Below, piece by piece: positions 40,781 through 50,212 of a stretch of DNA of 64,000 nucleotides. Source of the DNA: an uncultured Lachnospiraceae bacterium (GTDB taxonomy: Bacteria > Bacillota > Clostridia > Oscillospirales > CAG-272); NCBI GenBank assembly GCA_964498965.1, contig CAZCJU010000001.1:38008-102007 (forward strand), read 5' to 3'. The notes under the pieces are model-generated. The model was not told where the DNA came from and made no database searches. It worked only from the letters and a program-made list of their open reading frames with translations. How positions within the stretch are numbered: the stretch's first letter is position 1; the number at the start of each line of letters is the position of its first letter. The translations under genes were made by a program, and so were the position numbers.

Positions 40781-42496
40781 TTACTCCCCGCTCCCGTCGC
40801 CCCTGTTGGAGCTGTCCGCACGCTTTATCTTTTTCGACGGCGTGAGCGAAAATTCCTTTTTGCGAACATAAAACGTCCGAATGTGCTTGTATACCGCAAG
40901 ACGGGCGTTCACCGCCTTTACCTCGTTGCGTAAAAGCAGGTAAACGAGCCTGTCGTATTCGTCCTCGTCCTCGTCCTCGCCGTCGCCGTCGGACGTGATT
41001 CCCTCTTTTTCGAAATGCTTCCCGACCTCGTTTTTGTCCGGCAAAAGCGATGCGGCGACCTCTACCGTGCCGTCGTCGTTCTCGACGCCGTATACGAATG
41101 CGTCGGAAATGTACGGACTTTGGCATAAAAGCAGCTCGAGTTCCTCGGGCAATACCTTTTTTCCGTTGTTTTTGACTATCATGCTTTTCGACCTGCCGAC
41201 TATCGTGTAGCTGCCGTCGTCGTTACGCTTCGCCAGATCGCCCGTCTTGAACCAGCCGTCCTCAAACGCCCGATCCGTTTCCTCCGCATCGTCGTAATAC
41301 CCGAGCATGACGACGGGAGAACGTACCGCAAGCTCGCCCACTCCGTCGCCGTCCGTGCCGAGCAGCTTGAGCTTCACGCCGCAAAGCGGCTTGCCCGAGG
41401 TTTCGATCGAATGGTAAAAATCGTTGTCACCCATGATTATGGGCGAGGTTTCCGTCAAGCCGTAGCCGCAGTAGACCTTGAAGCCGAGCGATGTGAATCG
41501 CCGCTTAAGCTCGGGACGAAGTGCCGCTCCGCCGCATAATATCAGCCTCAGCCTGCCGCCGAATACCTCGTGTACTTCCTTGTAAATTTTTTTACGCACA
41601 TCGAGCTTCACCCTTTGCAACGCACCCGAAAGCATTCGTGCGGCGGAAAACATCGCCTTTTTTGCCTTGTCGGCTTCGATCTTGGAATTTATCTGCCTGT
41701 AGACCGTTTCCATTATGATAGGCACGGTAACGAATATCGTCGGTCGGTAATATTGCATATCCTGTACCATTCGACGAAGATTTTCATTGTACGCTATGCT
41801 TCCGCCGCTGTATAAAATTGCAAGAAATCCCGCCGTACATTCATATGTGTGCGACAGCGGAAGCACGGATAATACCCTGTCCTCACAAGTCACACTCACC
41901 TGCTTCAAAACATTCATTATGTCATAGCAAATGTTGTATTGCGACAGCATAACGCCCTTCGACGCACCGGAAGTACCCGAGGTGTATATTAAAACGCTTA
42001 AACCGTCGGAAATTATCTCATGCTCGTTGTACGGATCGAAACGCTCCGTAAGCACTCTGCCGTTGCATAAAATTTCATCTATATTAGATAAATTTATCAC
42101 TTTTACGCCAAGCTCGCCGCAACCGGTCAAGTCGACTTTTACAGCCCCGGTGCATATTATAGCCTCCGCTCCCGTCATTTTCAATATCTGACATATGCCC
42201 TCCCGCTTCATCTCTCGGTCGATCGGCACGACAACGCCCACCCCGCAGCATATCGCCAAATACGATATCGCCCAGCCGTAGCCGTTCGGTCCTATCAACG
42301 CGACCTTTGCGTTCTCGCTCACAAGACCCCGTATATATGCCGCCAACGCACGCACGTCCCGGCGTGCCTCGGCGTAGGTCTTTTCTTTTTCCTCACCGTT
42401 TTTCCGAAATAAAAACGCCGTCCTGTCGCCGTATTCCTCGACGCTCGTATCGAGCAGCTCCCTGAAATTCTTTACGAGCCTTACGTCATATACCAT
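40781..42496 (-). CDS. Long-chain fatty-acid-CoA/AMP ligase (FadD-like adenylating enzyme) with an acidic C-terminal insert
   Basis: AMP-binding motifs IYTSGTSGASKGVMLS, YGLTET and FKTGD. Acidic run SDGDGEDEDEDEYD. Start ATG 42496 or 42502 (AAAGGG RBS); the maximal ORF starts at 42544. Confidence 0.85.
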   Translation of the reverse strand: MVYDVRLVKNFRELLDTSVEEYGDRTAFLFRKNGEEKEKTYAEARRDVRALAAYIRGLVSENAKVALIGPNGYGWAISYLAICCGVGVVVPIDREMKREGICQILKMTGAEAIICTGAVKVDLTGCGELGVKVINLSNIDEILCNGRVLTERFDPYNEHEIISDGLSVLIYTSGTSGASKGVMLSQYNICYDIMNVLKQVSVTCEDRVLSVLPLSHTYECTAGFLAILYSGGSIAYNENLRRMVQDMQYYRPTIFVTVPIIMETVYRQINSKIEADKAKKAMFSAARMLSGALQRVKLDVRKKIYKEVHEVFGGRLRLILCGGAALRPELKRRFTSLGFKVYCGYGLTETSPIIMGDNDFYHSIETSGKPLCGVKLKLLGTDGDGVGELAVRSPVVMLGYYDDAEETDRAFEDGWFKTGDLAKRNDDGSYTIVGRSKSMIVKNNGKKVLPEELELLLCQSPYISDAFVYGVENDDGTVEVAASLLPDKNEVGKHFEKEGITSDGDGEDEDEDEYDRLVYLLLRNEVKAVNARLAVYKHIRTFYVRKKEFSLTPSKKIKRADSSNRGDGSGE

Positions 42497-42824
42497 TTTC
42501 ATCGCCCTTTCTCGGTCTGAACGCATAGATCGCAAGCCCCGCAAACGCAGTCAATCCGCCCGTTATCATCGCCGCACGACGCATACGCAGCCGTGCCGCA
42601 ACGGCGGAAAAATCGCCCCTCGGCTTCTTCTTCGGTTCGCCCTCCGCGGCTATGTCCCATTCCCTGTAAAAATATCTGCAATCGGTGCATTTTTTCAGAT
42701 GACGACGAACAAGACGTGCGGTAAGCTTGCCCGCACAGCCGTCCTTTATCGTCGGATACAGATCCTTTACCACATCACACGGTAATCCGTTCATATCTAC
42801 GCTTCCTCCTCCCGACACCGTCAT
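42486..42824 (-). CDS. Anti-sigma factor (zf-HC2 type, single TM)
   Basis: HLKKCTDCRYFYREW is the H-x3-C-x2-C motif. C-terminal TM segment ITGGLTAFAGLAIYAF. ATGA overlap with the sigma-factor stop; an alternative start lies at ATG 42794. Confidence 0.75.
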   Translation of the reverse strand: MTVSGGGSVDMNGLPCDVVKDLYPTIKDGCAGKLTARLVRRHLKKCTDCRYFYREWDIAAEGEPKKKPRGDFSAVAARLRMRRAAMITGGLTAFAGLAIYAFRPRKGDENGI

Positions 42825-43312
42825 TCCCGAGTGTCCTCAAGCTCTTTTCTCAGTATTTCCTTGGCTCGGTGAAATATTACCTTTGCCGAACCCTCTCTTA
42901 TGCCCAACGAAGCGGCAATGTCTGCGTACGACAGTCCCGCATATATCCTCAAGATGACCACATCTCGAAATTTATTCGGCAACGCCGCTATCGCCTGCCG
43001 TACACGTTCGGCGGCAAAACGCTTCTCCACTACCCGCTCCGGCTCCTCGCCGCCCTCCGTGTAAAATGCGAGGTCAAGCTCGACGGTCTTTATGCGATCC
43101 TTGCGTAAATACCCGAGCCATACGTTCTTGCCTATCGCCGCAAGCCATGTGAACAGCTCGCAGTTGCCGTTGTAACGGTCGAATGCGATAAAAGCCCTGT
43201 AAAACGTTTCCTGAGTCATTTCTTCACTTAATTCGGCACTGCGGCAAAGCTTGTACAAAAAAGCGTATACACGGGGGAAATATTCCTCGTAGATCTTTTC
43301 GAATTCTTTCAA
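42821..43312 (-). CDS. ECF-type sigma-70 family RNA polymerase sigma factor
   Basis: Region 2 (YFPRVYAFLYKLCRSAELSEEMTQETFYRAF) and region 4 (LSYADIAASLGIREGSAKVIFHRAKEIL). The preferred start is TTG 43312, 9 nt after a GGGAGGTG RBS; the maximal ORF starts at 43387. Confidence 0.85.
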   Translation of the reverse strand: MKEFEKIYEEYFPRVYAFLYKLCRSAELSEEMTQETFYRAFIAFDRYNGNCELFTWLAAIGKNVWLGYLRKDRIKTVELDLAFYTEGGEEPERVVEKRFAAERVRQAIAALPNKFRDVVILRIYAGLSYADIAASLGIREGSAKVIFHRAKEILRKELEDTRE

Positions 43313-43484
43313 TACCCGCCGCACCTCCCTCGCAAAACGGTTTTTCGAACGTTCGATAACGACTTGCCCCGTCAATCGACAAAGCAAGAGGTCGGTCTAC
43401 GCCTCTCTTGCCTAAGTTAGTAACAAAAATCTCCCGAAAGTTACAAAACGGGATAATTTTTTTGCTTTTCCGCGGCTCTCCCAT

Positions 43485-43615
43485 ATATCTTTCCCCCGGA
43501 GAAAGATGGCAGCCCGAAGGGTTGACCGATGAAGGCATCATTGCACCCGACGCAACGGCTTTCCCTCTCGGGGGAAAGTGTCGGCCCGAAGGATCGACGG
43601 ATCAAGGGAGCGTGT
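43485..43615. repeat. REP-like GC-rich hairpin elements
   Basis: tctttccccc-gga-gaaaga, ggcagcccgaagggttgaccgatgaaggc, ctttccctctcgggggaaag and tgtcggcccgaaggatcgacggatcaaggg. Confidence 0.75.
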
Positions 43616-43616
43616 A

Positions 43617-44204
43617 TCAATTGAATTTTTGCATTGCGGTATCGAAATCGCCCTTTACGATATATTCCAAAGCGGACAGGCACGAGCCGTAAAGCTCGGT
43701 CAGCGTTTTCAGCTCATCCCTTGTGAAATTCGACAGGACGTGGTCCGCAAGATCCTGATCCGGGTGTATTTTGCCGCCTATACCTATTTTTATTCTCGGG
43801 AACGTATCCGTTCCGAGCCGTGCTATAATGCTTTTAAGTCCGTTATGCCCGCCCGCCGAGCCTTTTTTCCTTATTCGTATTTTGCCGACGGGCAAGGATA
43901 TATCGTCCGACAGCACCACCGTTTTTTCGGGCGGGATCTTATAAAACGATGCCGCTTCGTAAACGGCACAGCCCGATTCGTTCATATACGTTTGCGGCTT
44001 AAGGAACACGCATTTATGCCCGTTAAGCTCACCCGTACCGTAATTCGAACGAAATTTGATCTTATTGAACGAAAAGCCGAGCTTATCGGCGATATAATCG
44101 CCGCAAAGGAAGCCCGCATTATGACGTGTAAATTCATATTCATCGCCCGGATTACCCAGGCAGACTATCAAAAATTCCGCACCCGACGGACGTGAAAATA
44201 ACAT
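43617..44204 (-). CDS. pth: Peptidyl-tRNA hydrolase
   Basis: FLIVCLGNPGDEYEFTRHNAGF and GGHNGLKSI motifs. ATG 44204 with a GGAG RBS. Confidence 0.9.
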   Translation of the reverse strand: MLFSRPSGAEFLIVCLGNPGDEYEFTRHNAGFLCGDYIADKLGFSFNKIKFRSNYGTGELNGHKCVFLKPQTYMNESGCAVYEAASFYKIPPEKTVVLSDDISLPVGKIRIRKKGSAGGHNGLKSIIARLGTDTFPRIKIGIGGKIHPDQDLADHVLSNFTRDELKTLTELYGSCLSALEYIVKGDFDTAMQKFN

Positions 44205-44304
44205 AATTTTATCTCCGATTCGATTCATCGCTTTTCATTATACAAAATTTCCGACGGAATTTCAAGTATTTTCGTGTATTTTCAAAAAAATAACGTTTAA
44301 CCTC

Positions 44305-44333
44305 TTGCAAAACGAAACAGAATATTATATAAT
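44305..44333 (+). promoter_or_regulatory. Sigma-A promoter for the DUF218 gene (very short leader)
   Basis: TTGCAA (44305..44310), 17 nt, TATAAT (44328..44333). The first ATG lies at 44345, only 11 nt after the -10. Confidence 0.5.
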
Positions 44334-44344
44334 ATAGTATATTT

Positions 44345-44998
44345 ATGCTTATGTTCGACACGGACATGTACGGCAACGGCGAAAAAACGGAGGTGGTCGC
44401 CACGGAACACGATTTCGTCAAAGCTCTGACGGACTATATTTTCATAAAGGACGAGCCTGTACGCTCGGACGTAATATTTATCCCCGGCTGTACCTACTAT
44501 CCGTTGCCGGAATATGCGGCGGCACTGTACGCCTCGGGGCTTGCCGATGTCATTATCCCCTCGGGCAGGTATTCGACGCTTCGGGGACATTTGACACTTC
44601 AATCACCGCAGGACAAGTACCGTTTCGATTTTCCGACGGAGGCTGAGTTTTTCGCCCACGTGCTTACGGAAAACGGCGTACCCGAGGAAGCGGTGCTGTG
44701 CGAAACGAAAAGCGAATACACGTGTCAAAACGCTTTTTTCACTGCCGAGCTCGTTGCGAAAGCGGGGATAAAAGCCGACACGGCACTGCTCGTTTGCAAA
44801 TCGTTTCATGCACGTCGTGCGTATTCCTACTACAAATGGGCGTTTCCCGACACGGACATCCGAGTTTGCCCCGTCGATACCGTCGGCGAGAGTGCGGACG
44901 ACTGGTTCGAAACTCAAAAAGGACGCGACCGCATAATGGGCGAGCTTAAGCGAATAGCCGACTATTTCGGCTCTTACCCTACCGATCGGCACGGATAA
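44345..44998 (+). CDS. YdcF/DUF218-family protein
   Basis: 217 aa. VIFIPGCTYYPLPEYAAALYASGLADVIIPSG plus LVCKSFHARRA, typical of the DUF218/ElyC-like family. Confidence 0.65.
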   Translation: MLMFDTDMYGNGEKTEVVATEHDFVKALTDYIFIKDEPVRSDVIFIPGCTYYPLPEYAAALYASGLADVIIPSGRYSTLRGHLTLQSPQDKYRFDFPTEAEFFAHVLTENGVPEEAVLCETKSEYTCQNAFFTAELVAKAGIKADTALLVCKSFHARRAYSYYKWAFPDTDIRVCPVDTVGESADDWFETQKGRDRIMGELKRIADYFGSYPTDRHG

Positions 44999-45096
44999 AA
45001 CGAAGCCTTCCGTTCAAGACGGATGGTCCGTTCAAGACGGACGGTGCGAAAAAACAAAAAATAAATAACGTTTACGGATAACGGAGATATGAAAAA

Positions 45097-46140
45097 ATGG
45101 GAGCATTCACCGGTAAAACACTTCTTATAACGGGCGGAACAGGCTCGTTCGGCAACGCAGTATTGAACAGATTTCTTCAAACCGACATCGGCGAGATACG
45201 CATATTTTCGAGAGATGAAAAAAAGCAGGACGATATGCGTCACGAATTTCAGGCGAAAATGCCCGAAGCGTCGTCGAAAATAAGGTTTCACATCGGCGAC
45301 GTACGCGACCTGCAAAGCGTTCGCTCTGCGGTGACGGGAGTCGATTATATTTTCCACGCCGCCGCACTGAAGCAAGTACCCTCCTGCGAGTTTTTCCCCA
45401 TGGAGGCCGTGCGGACGAACGTCATCGGCACGGACAACGTGCTTACGGCGGCGATAGATGCGGGCGTTAAGCGTGTTATCTGCCTGTCCACCGACAAGGC
45501 GGCATACCCGATAAACGCAATGGGAACGAGCAAGGCGATGATGGAAAAGATCGTAGTGGCAAAATCCCGAATAGCCGACCCCGACAAAACGACGATATGC
45601 TGTACCCGTTACGGCAACGTAATGTGTTCGAGAGGCTCGGTTATCCCGCTTTTCATAGACAATATCGAAAAGGGACTTCCGCTCACGGTGACGGATCCCG
45701 AAATGACAAGATTCATAATGAGCCTCGAGGAAGCGGTAGACCTCGTGCTTTTCGCTTTCGAACACGGCAACTCGGGCGATCTGCTCGTTCAAAAAGCTCC
45801 CGCCTGCACCATAGGCGTGCTTACCGAAGCGATACGCAGACTTTTCGACCCGACTGCGGAGATAAAGAACATCGGAATACGTCACGGCGAGAAGATGTAC
45901 GAAACACTGCTTACCGCCGAAGAGGCGTTGCGTGCGGAGGACATGGGCGACTTTTACCGCGTCCATGCCGATAACAGAGATCTGAATTACGATAAGTATT
46001 TCAGCAAAGGCACGGAAAGCGGAGCAACGATACCAGAATTCAATTCCGACAACACGGAGCGGCTCGATGTTGACGGAGTTATCGAAAAGCTTCTGTCGCT
46101 GTCGTACATACAAAAAAGACTTGCGGAGATGAAGAAATGA
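45097..46140 (+). CDS. capE: UDP-N-acetylglucosamine 4,6-dehydratase/5-epimerase (CapE/FnlA-type)
   Basis: GKTLLITGGTGSFGNAVL Rossmann motif, STDKAAYPINAMGTSKAMMEK and RYGNVMCSRGSVIP. The capF- and capG-like genes follow. Confidence 0.85.
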   Translation: MGAFTGKTLLITGGTGSFGNAVLNRFLQTDIGEIRIFSRDEKKQDDMRHEFQAKMPEASSKIRFHIGDVRDLQSVRSAVTGVDYIFHAAALKQVPSCEFFPMEAVRTNVIGTDNVLTAAIDAGVKRVICLSTDKAAYPINAMGTSKAMMEKIVVAKSRIADPDKTTICCTRYGNVMCSRGSVIPLFIDNIEKGLPLTVTDPEMTRFIMSLEEAVDLVLFAFEHGNSGDLLVQKAPACTIGVLTEAIRRLFDPTAEIKNIGIRHGEKMYETLLTAEEALRAEDMGDFYRVHADNRDLNYDKYFSKGTESGATIPEFNSDNTERLDVDGVIEKLLSLSYIQKRLAEMKK

Positions 46141-47279
46141 ATGTTCTCGTGACGGGTGCAAAGGGCTTTGTCGGAAAAAACCTTTGCAGAGCATTAAAAA
46201 ACATTTCCGACGGCAAGGATAAAACAAGAGCGATAAGCGGTGAGATAAACGTGTTCGAATACGATATCGATTCCGCCCCCGAGCAGCTCGACGAATATTG
46301 TGCCGAAGCCGATTTCGTCTTTAACCTTGCGGGAGTGAACCGCACAAACGACGATAACGAATTTTTCAACGGCAATTTCGGTTTCGCCTCGGTCTTGCTC
46401 GACACACTCGAAAAGCACGGCAACAAATGCCCCGTAATGCTGTCCTCATCCGTCCATGCGGCGGGCAATACACCCTACGGACGCTCGAAAAAAGCGGGCG
46501 AGGAGCTGTTTTTCGAATACGGCAGACGAACCGGAGCGAAAACCTACGTCTATCGCTTCCCGCACCTTTTCGGCAAATGGTGCAGACCGAATTACAACAG
46601 TGCGGTCGCTACGTTTTGCAATAACATCGCACTCGGACTGCCGATAACCGTGTCCGACCCCGCCGTTTCCCTCACTCTCGTTTACATAGACGACTTGGTC
46701 GACGAGCTGATAAAAGCACTGTGCGGCGAGCCGACAACGGACGGAGAATACTGCTTCGTACCCGTTTTCGCAAAGAAAACACTCGGCGAGATAACCTCGC
46801 TGCTGTACTCCTTCAAAGCGTCGAGGACCGAGTTTTGCGTGCCGAGAAGCGACGACGAATTCGAAAAAAAGCTGTACGCCGCTTACCTGTCGTACCTACC
46901 CCCCGAGGAGCTGTCCTATCCGCTTAAAATGAATTGCGACGCAAGAGGCAGCTTCACCGAAATAATAAGAACGGCGGAACGGGGTCAGTTCAGCGTCAAC
47001 GTGTCAAAACCGCATATAGTCAAGGGAAATCATTGGCATAATACAAAAAACGAAAAATTCCTCGTCGTCAGCGGCAAAGGCGTGATACGCTTCCGCAAAA
47101 TAGGCGAGCAACGCGTGTACGAATACTACGTAGACGGAAACGACCTGCGTGTCGTCGATATCCCGACCGGCTACACGCATAACATAGAAAATTTGGGCGA
47201 GGACGATATGGTAACGTTCATGTGGGCAAACGAATGCTTCGACCCCAATAAGCCCGATACATATTTCGAGGAGGTGTAA
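46137..47279 (+). CDS. capF: CapF/FnlB-type bifunctional reductase/epimerase (SDR domain + C-terminal cupin)
   Basis: VLVTGAKGFVGKNL and YGRSKKAGE (YxxxK). C-terminal cupin GSFTEI...VKGNHWHNTKNEKFLVVSGKG. ATGA overlap with capE. Confidence 0.8.
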   Translation: MNVLVTGAKGFVGKNLCRALKNISDGKDKTRAISGEINVFEYDIDSAPEQLDEYCAEADFVFNLAGVNRTNDDNEFFNGNFGFASVLLDTLEKHGNKCPVMLSSSVHAAGNTPYGRSKKAGEELFFEYGRRTGAKTYVYRFPHLFGKWCRPNYNSAVATFCNNIALGLPITVSDPAVSLTLVYIDDLVDELIKALCGEPTTDGEYCFVPVFAKKTLGEITSLLYSFKASRTEFCVPRSDDEFEKKLYAAYLSYLPPEELSYPLKMNCDARGSFTEIIRTAERGQFSVNVSKPHIVKGNHWHNTKNEKFLVVSGKGVIRFRKIGEQRVYEYYVDGNDLRVVDIPTGYTHNIENLGEDDMVTFMWANECFDPNKPDTYFEEV

Positions 47280-47281
47280 AC

Positions 47282-48424
47282 ATGGGAAAACTCAAGCTCA
47301 TGACCGTTCTGGGTACTCGCCCGGAAATAATACGTCTTTCCGAGGTAATTAAAAAATGCGATAAATATTTCGATCAAATACTCGTCCATACGGGTCAAAA
47401 CTACGATTACGAGCTGAATCAGGTCTTTTTCGAGGAGCTGGGACTGCGTTCGCCCGACTTCTACCTCTATGCGGCGGGAAATACCGTCGGCGAAACCGTC
47501 GGTGCCGTGATCTCCAAGTCGTATTCATTGATGCAAAGCGAAGCCCCCGACGCATTGCTCGTTCTGGGCGATACGAACTCCTGCCTCGCCGCATATTCCG
47601 CAAAGCGACTTCATATCCCGATATTCCATATGGAAGCGGGCAACAGGTGCTTCGACGAATGTTTGCCCGAGGAAACCAACAGACGTATCGTCGATCATAT
47701 ATCCGATGTCAATATGTGCTACTCCGAACACGCAAGACGGTATCTCAATCACGAGGGCGTGGCAAAGGAACGTACATATGTCACCGGTTCTCCGATGGCG
47801 GAGGTGCTGGCAGCTAACCTCGATAAGATCAAAGCCTCCGACGTTTTGTCACGGCTCGGTCTTGAAAAGAAAAAATATATCCTGCTCTCCGCTCACCGTG
47901 AGGAAAACATCGACAACGAAAGGAATTTCTTCGATTTGATGAATGCGGTGAATAAAATGGCGGAAAAGTACGATATGCCCGTGCTGTATTCCTGCCACCC
48001 CCGCTCGGCAAAATATATCGAAAGAAGAGGCTTCGAATTCGATAGGAGAGTTATAAAGCATAAGCCCCTCGGCTTCTGCGATTACAATAACCTGCAGATA
48101 AACGCCTTCGCCGTCGTGTCCGACAGCGGAACATTGCCCGAAGAATCGAGCTTTTATACCTCGGTCGGAATGCCGTTCCCCGCAGTGTGCATAAGAACCT
48201 CCACCGAACGCCCCGAAGCGATAGATAAAGGCTGCTTCGTCATCGCCGGCATAAACGGTGACGGAGTGCTGTCGGCGGTCGATTGTGCCGTCAAAATGAA
48301 CGAAAACGGCGATATCGGCACTCCCGTACCCGATTACATCGAGCAAAACGTCAGCACCAAGGTCGTAAAAATAATCCAAAGCTATACGGGAATAGTAAAT
48401 AAGACCGTTTGGCGTAAATATTAA
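47282..48424 (+). CDS. capG: Non-hydrolysing UDP-N-acetylglucosamine 2-epimerase (CapG/FnlC/WecB-type)
   Basis: KLMTVLGTRPEIIRLS, VLGDTNS, HMEAGNRCFD and SDSGTLPEES motifs. Confidence 0.85.
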   Translation: MGKLKLMTVLGTRPEIIRLSEVIKKCDKYFDQILVHTGQNYDYELNQVFFEELGLRSPDFYLYAAGNTVGETVGAVISKSYSLMQSEAPDALLVLGDTNSCLAAYSAKRLHIPIFHMEAGNRCFDECLPEETNRRIVDHISDVNMCYSEHARRYLNHEGVAKERTYVTGSPMAEVLAANLDKIKASDVLSRLGLEKKKYILLSAHREENIDNERNFFDLMNAVNKMAEKYDMPVLYSCHPRSAKYIERRGFEFDRRVIKHKPLGFCDYNNLQINAFAVVSDSGTLPEESSFYTSVGMPFPAVCIRTSTERPEAIDKGCFVIAGINGDGVLSAVDCAVKMNENGDIGTPVPDYIEQNVSTKVVKIIQSYTGIVNKTVWRKY

Positions 48425-48438
48425 AGGAGCAAAACGAA

Positions 48439-49905
48439 ATGAATTACGTAAGCACAAGAGGCTTAAAGGAAAATACAACGTCCGCTCGGGCGATAAAAAA
48501 AGGTCTTGCACCCGACGGCGGTCTTTATATGCCCGACGAGCTGCCGAAAATAACGCTTGACGAAATCAAAAAATATGCGAAAATGCCTTATTTCGAAAGA
48601 GCGGCGGCGGTGCTGGGTAAATTTTTGCCCGATTACGACGCAGACGAACTCAAAGAGGATTGCCGTAAAGCGTACTCCGAGGAAAACTTCAAAGGCGGTG
48701 CCGCCCCCGTGCATAAGCTGTGCGACGGCAGCTACGTGCTTGAGCTTTTCCACGGCCCGACCTGTGCTTTTAAAGATATGGCACTGCAGATAATGCCGTC
48801 CCTGCTCTCTCGCTCGCTTAAAATGACGGGCGAGGATAAAACGGCTTATATCCTCGTTGCGACCTCCGGTGACACCGGTAAGGCGGCTCTCGAGGGCTAC
48901 GCCGATAAAGCGGGAATAAAGATCAAGGTCTTTTATCCCTCGTGCGGCGTAAGTAAGATCCAAAAATTGCAAATGGCGACCCAAAACGGCGAAAACGTGT
49001 CCGTCTGTGCTATAGAGGGCAACTTCGACGATGCCCAAAACGGTGTTAAAAGAATATTCGCCGATAAAGAGGTCAACGAAAAGCTCGGCGAAAAAGGCTT
49101 CTTCCTCTCAAGTGCGAACTCCATAAACTGGGGCAGACTCGCTCCCCAAATAGTTTATTATATCTCCGCATACGCCGATCTGCTGAATGCCGGCGAGCTT
49201 TCCGAGGGCGAGAAACTCAATGTCACCGTGCCGACCGGCAACTTCGGTAATATCTTCGCCGCTTATATCGCAAAACAAATGGGTCTGCCGATAGGCACTC
49301 TCGTGTGTGCGTCCAATAAAAACAATATCCTCACCGACTTCTTCAATACAGGCACGTACGACAGAAACAGACATTTCTACCAGACCGTGTCGCCGTCAAT
49401 GGATATCCTTATCTCCTCTAACCTCGAAAGATTACTGTACCTCGTTTGCGGAAGCGAAGCCGTTAAGGAATATATGTCCTCGCTTGCCCGCGACGGAAAA
49501 TATACCGTCGACGAAAAATATATGACACAAATAAGAGCTTCGTTCTGCGGCGATTGCACCGACGAGGAGCAGACAAAAGCTCAGATCAAAAAAACTTTCG
49601 ACGAGTACGGATACCTCATAGATACACATACGGCGGTCGCATTGCGTGTCGCCGAAAGCTATAAGGCGAAAAACGGCGGCAAAATGCTCACCGTTTCCAC
49701 CGCAAGTCCTTATAAATTCGCCGCCGACGTGCTTGGCTCGCTCGGTGAAACGGCAGACGGCGACGAGTTCGCTCCTCTGTATAAATTAGCCGAAGTAAGC
49801 AATACCGAGATCCCGTCACCCCTCGCCTCTCTTAAGGAAAAGAAAATTCGCTTCGATAAGGTAATAGCTCCGTCGGATATGGCGACAGAGGTGCTTGATG
49901 GCTGA
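48439..49905 (+). CDS. thrC: Threonine synthase
   Basis: 488 aa. FHGPTCAFKDMALQ (PLP-lysine motif), TSGDTGKAA and PTGNFGNIFA. Confidence 0.9.
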   Translation: MNYVSTRGLKENTTSARAIKKGLAPDGGLYMPDELPKITLDEIKKYAKMPYFERAAAVLGKFLPDYDADELKEDCRKAYSEENFKGGAAPVHKLCDGSYVLELFHGPTCAFKDMALQIMPSLLSRSLKMTGEDKTAYILVATSGDTGKAALEGYADKAGIKIKVFYPSCGVSKIQKLQMATQNGENVSVCAIEGNFDDAQNGVKRIFADKEVNEKLGEKGFFLSSANSINWGRLAPQIVYYISAYADLLNAGELSEGEKLNVTVPTGNFGNIFAAYIAKQMGLPIGTLVCASNKNNILTDFFNTGTYDRNRHFYQTVSPSMDILISSNLERLLYLVCGSEAVKEYMSSLARDGKYTVDEKYMTQIRASFCGDCTDEEQTKAQIKKTFDEYGYLIDTHTAVALRVAESYKAKNGGKMLTVSTASPYKFAADVLGSLGETADGDEFAPLYKLAEVSNTEIPSPLASLKEKKIRFDKVIAPSDMATEVLDG

Positions 49906-50212
49906 AAATTTCAGAAACGAAAAAACAGACTTCCTGTTCGACGCGATACTTACATTGCAAACAAGAGAAGAATGCTATGCCCTGTTCGAAGACCTGTGTA
50001 CCGTCGCCGAGATCGTCGAAATGTCCAAAAGACTGCACGCCGCTCGCCTGCTCGGCAAAAACGCCGTCTATAACGATATCAGCGAACAAACGGGACTCTC
50101 TACGGCGACGATAAGCCGTGTAAATCGGTGCTTGAAATACGGCACAAACGGCTATTCCACCGTCTTGGATCGCCTCGAAGGTAAAACCGATACAGAGGAT
50201 AAAAATAAATGA
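49895..50212 (+). CDS. YerC/YecD (TrpR-like) family protein
   Basis: 105 aa. LFDAILTLQTREECYALFEDLCTVAEIVEMSKRLHAARLL...TGLSTATISRVNRCLKYG. Confidence 0.8.
   Translation: MMAENFRNEKTDFLFDAILTLQTREECYALFEDLCTVAEIVEMSKRLHAARLLGKNAVYNDISEQTGLSTATISRVNRCLKYGTNGYSTVLDRLEGKTDTEDKNK

Noticed and set aside
45008-45044. Tandem 18-bp repeat (tccgttcaagacggaYgg x2) as a terminator for the DUF218 gene
   Set aside because: Each unit can form only a 4-bp stem and there is no downstream T-run. It more likely belongs to the REP-like family, so it is not annotated as a terminator.
44974-46227. 417-aa ORF on the minus strand
   Set aside because: It lies entirely antisense to the capE-like gene, which has clear Rossmann/SDR motifs. 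Its translation is Arg/Phe/Cys-rich with no recognisable motif. This is a typical shadow ORF.
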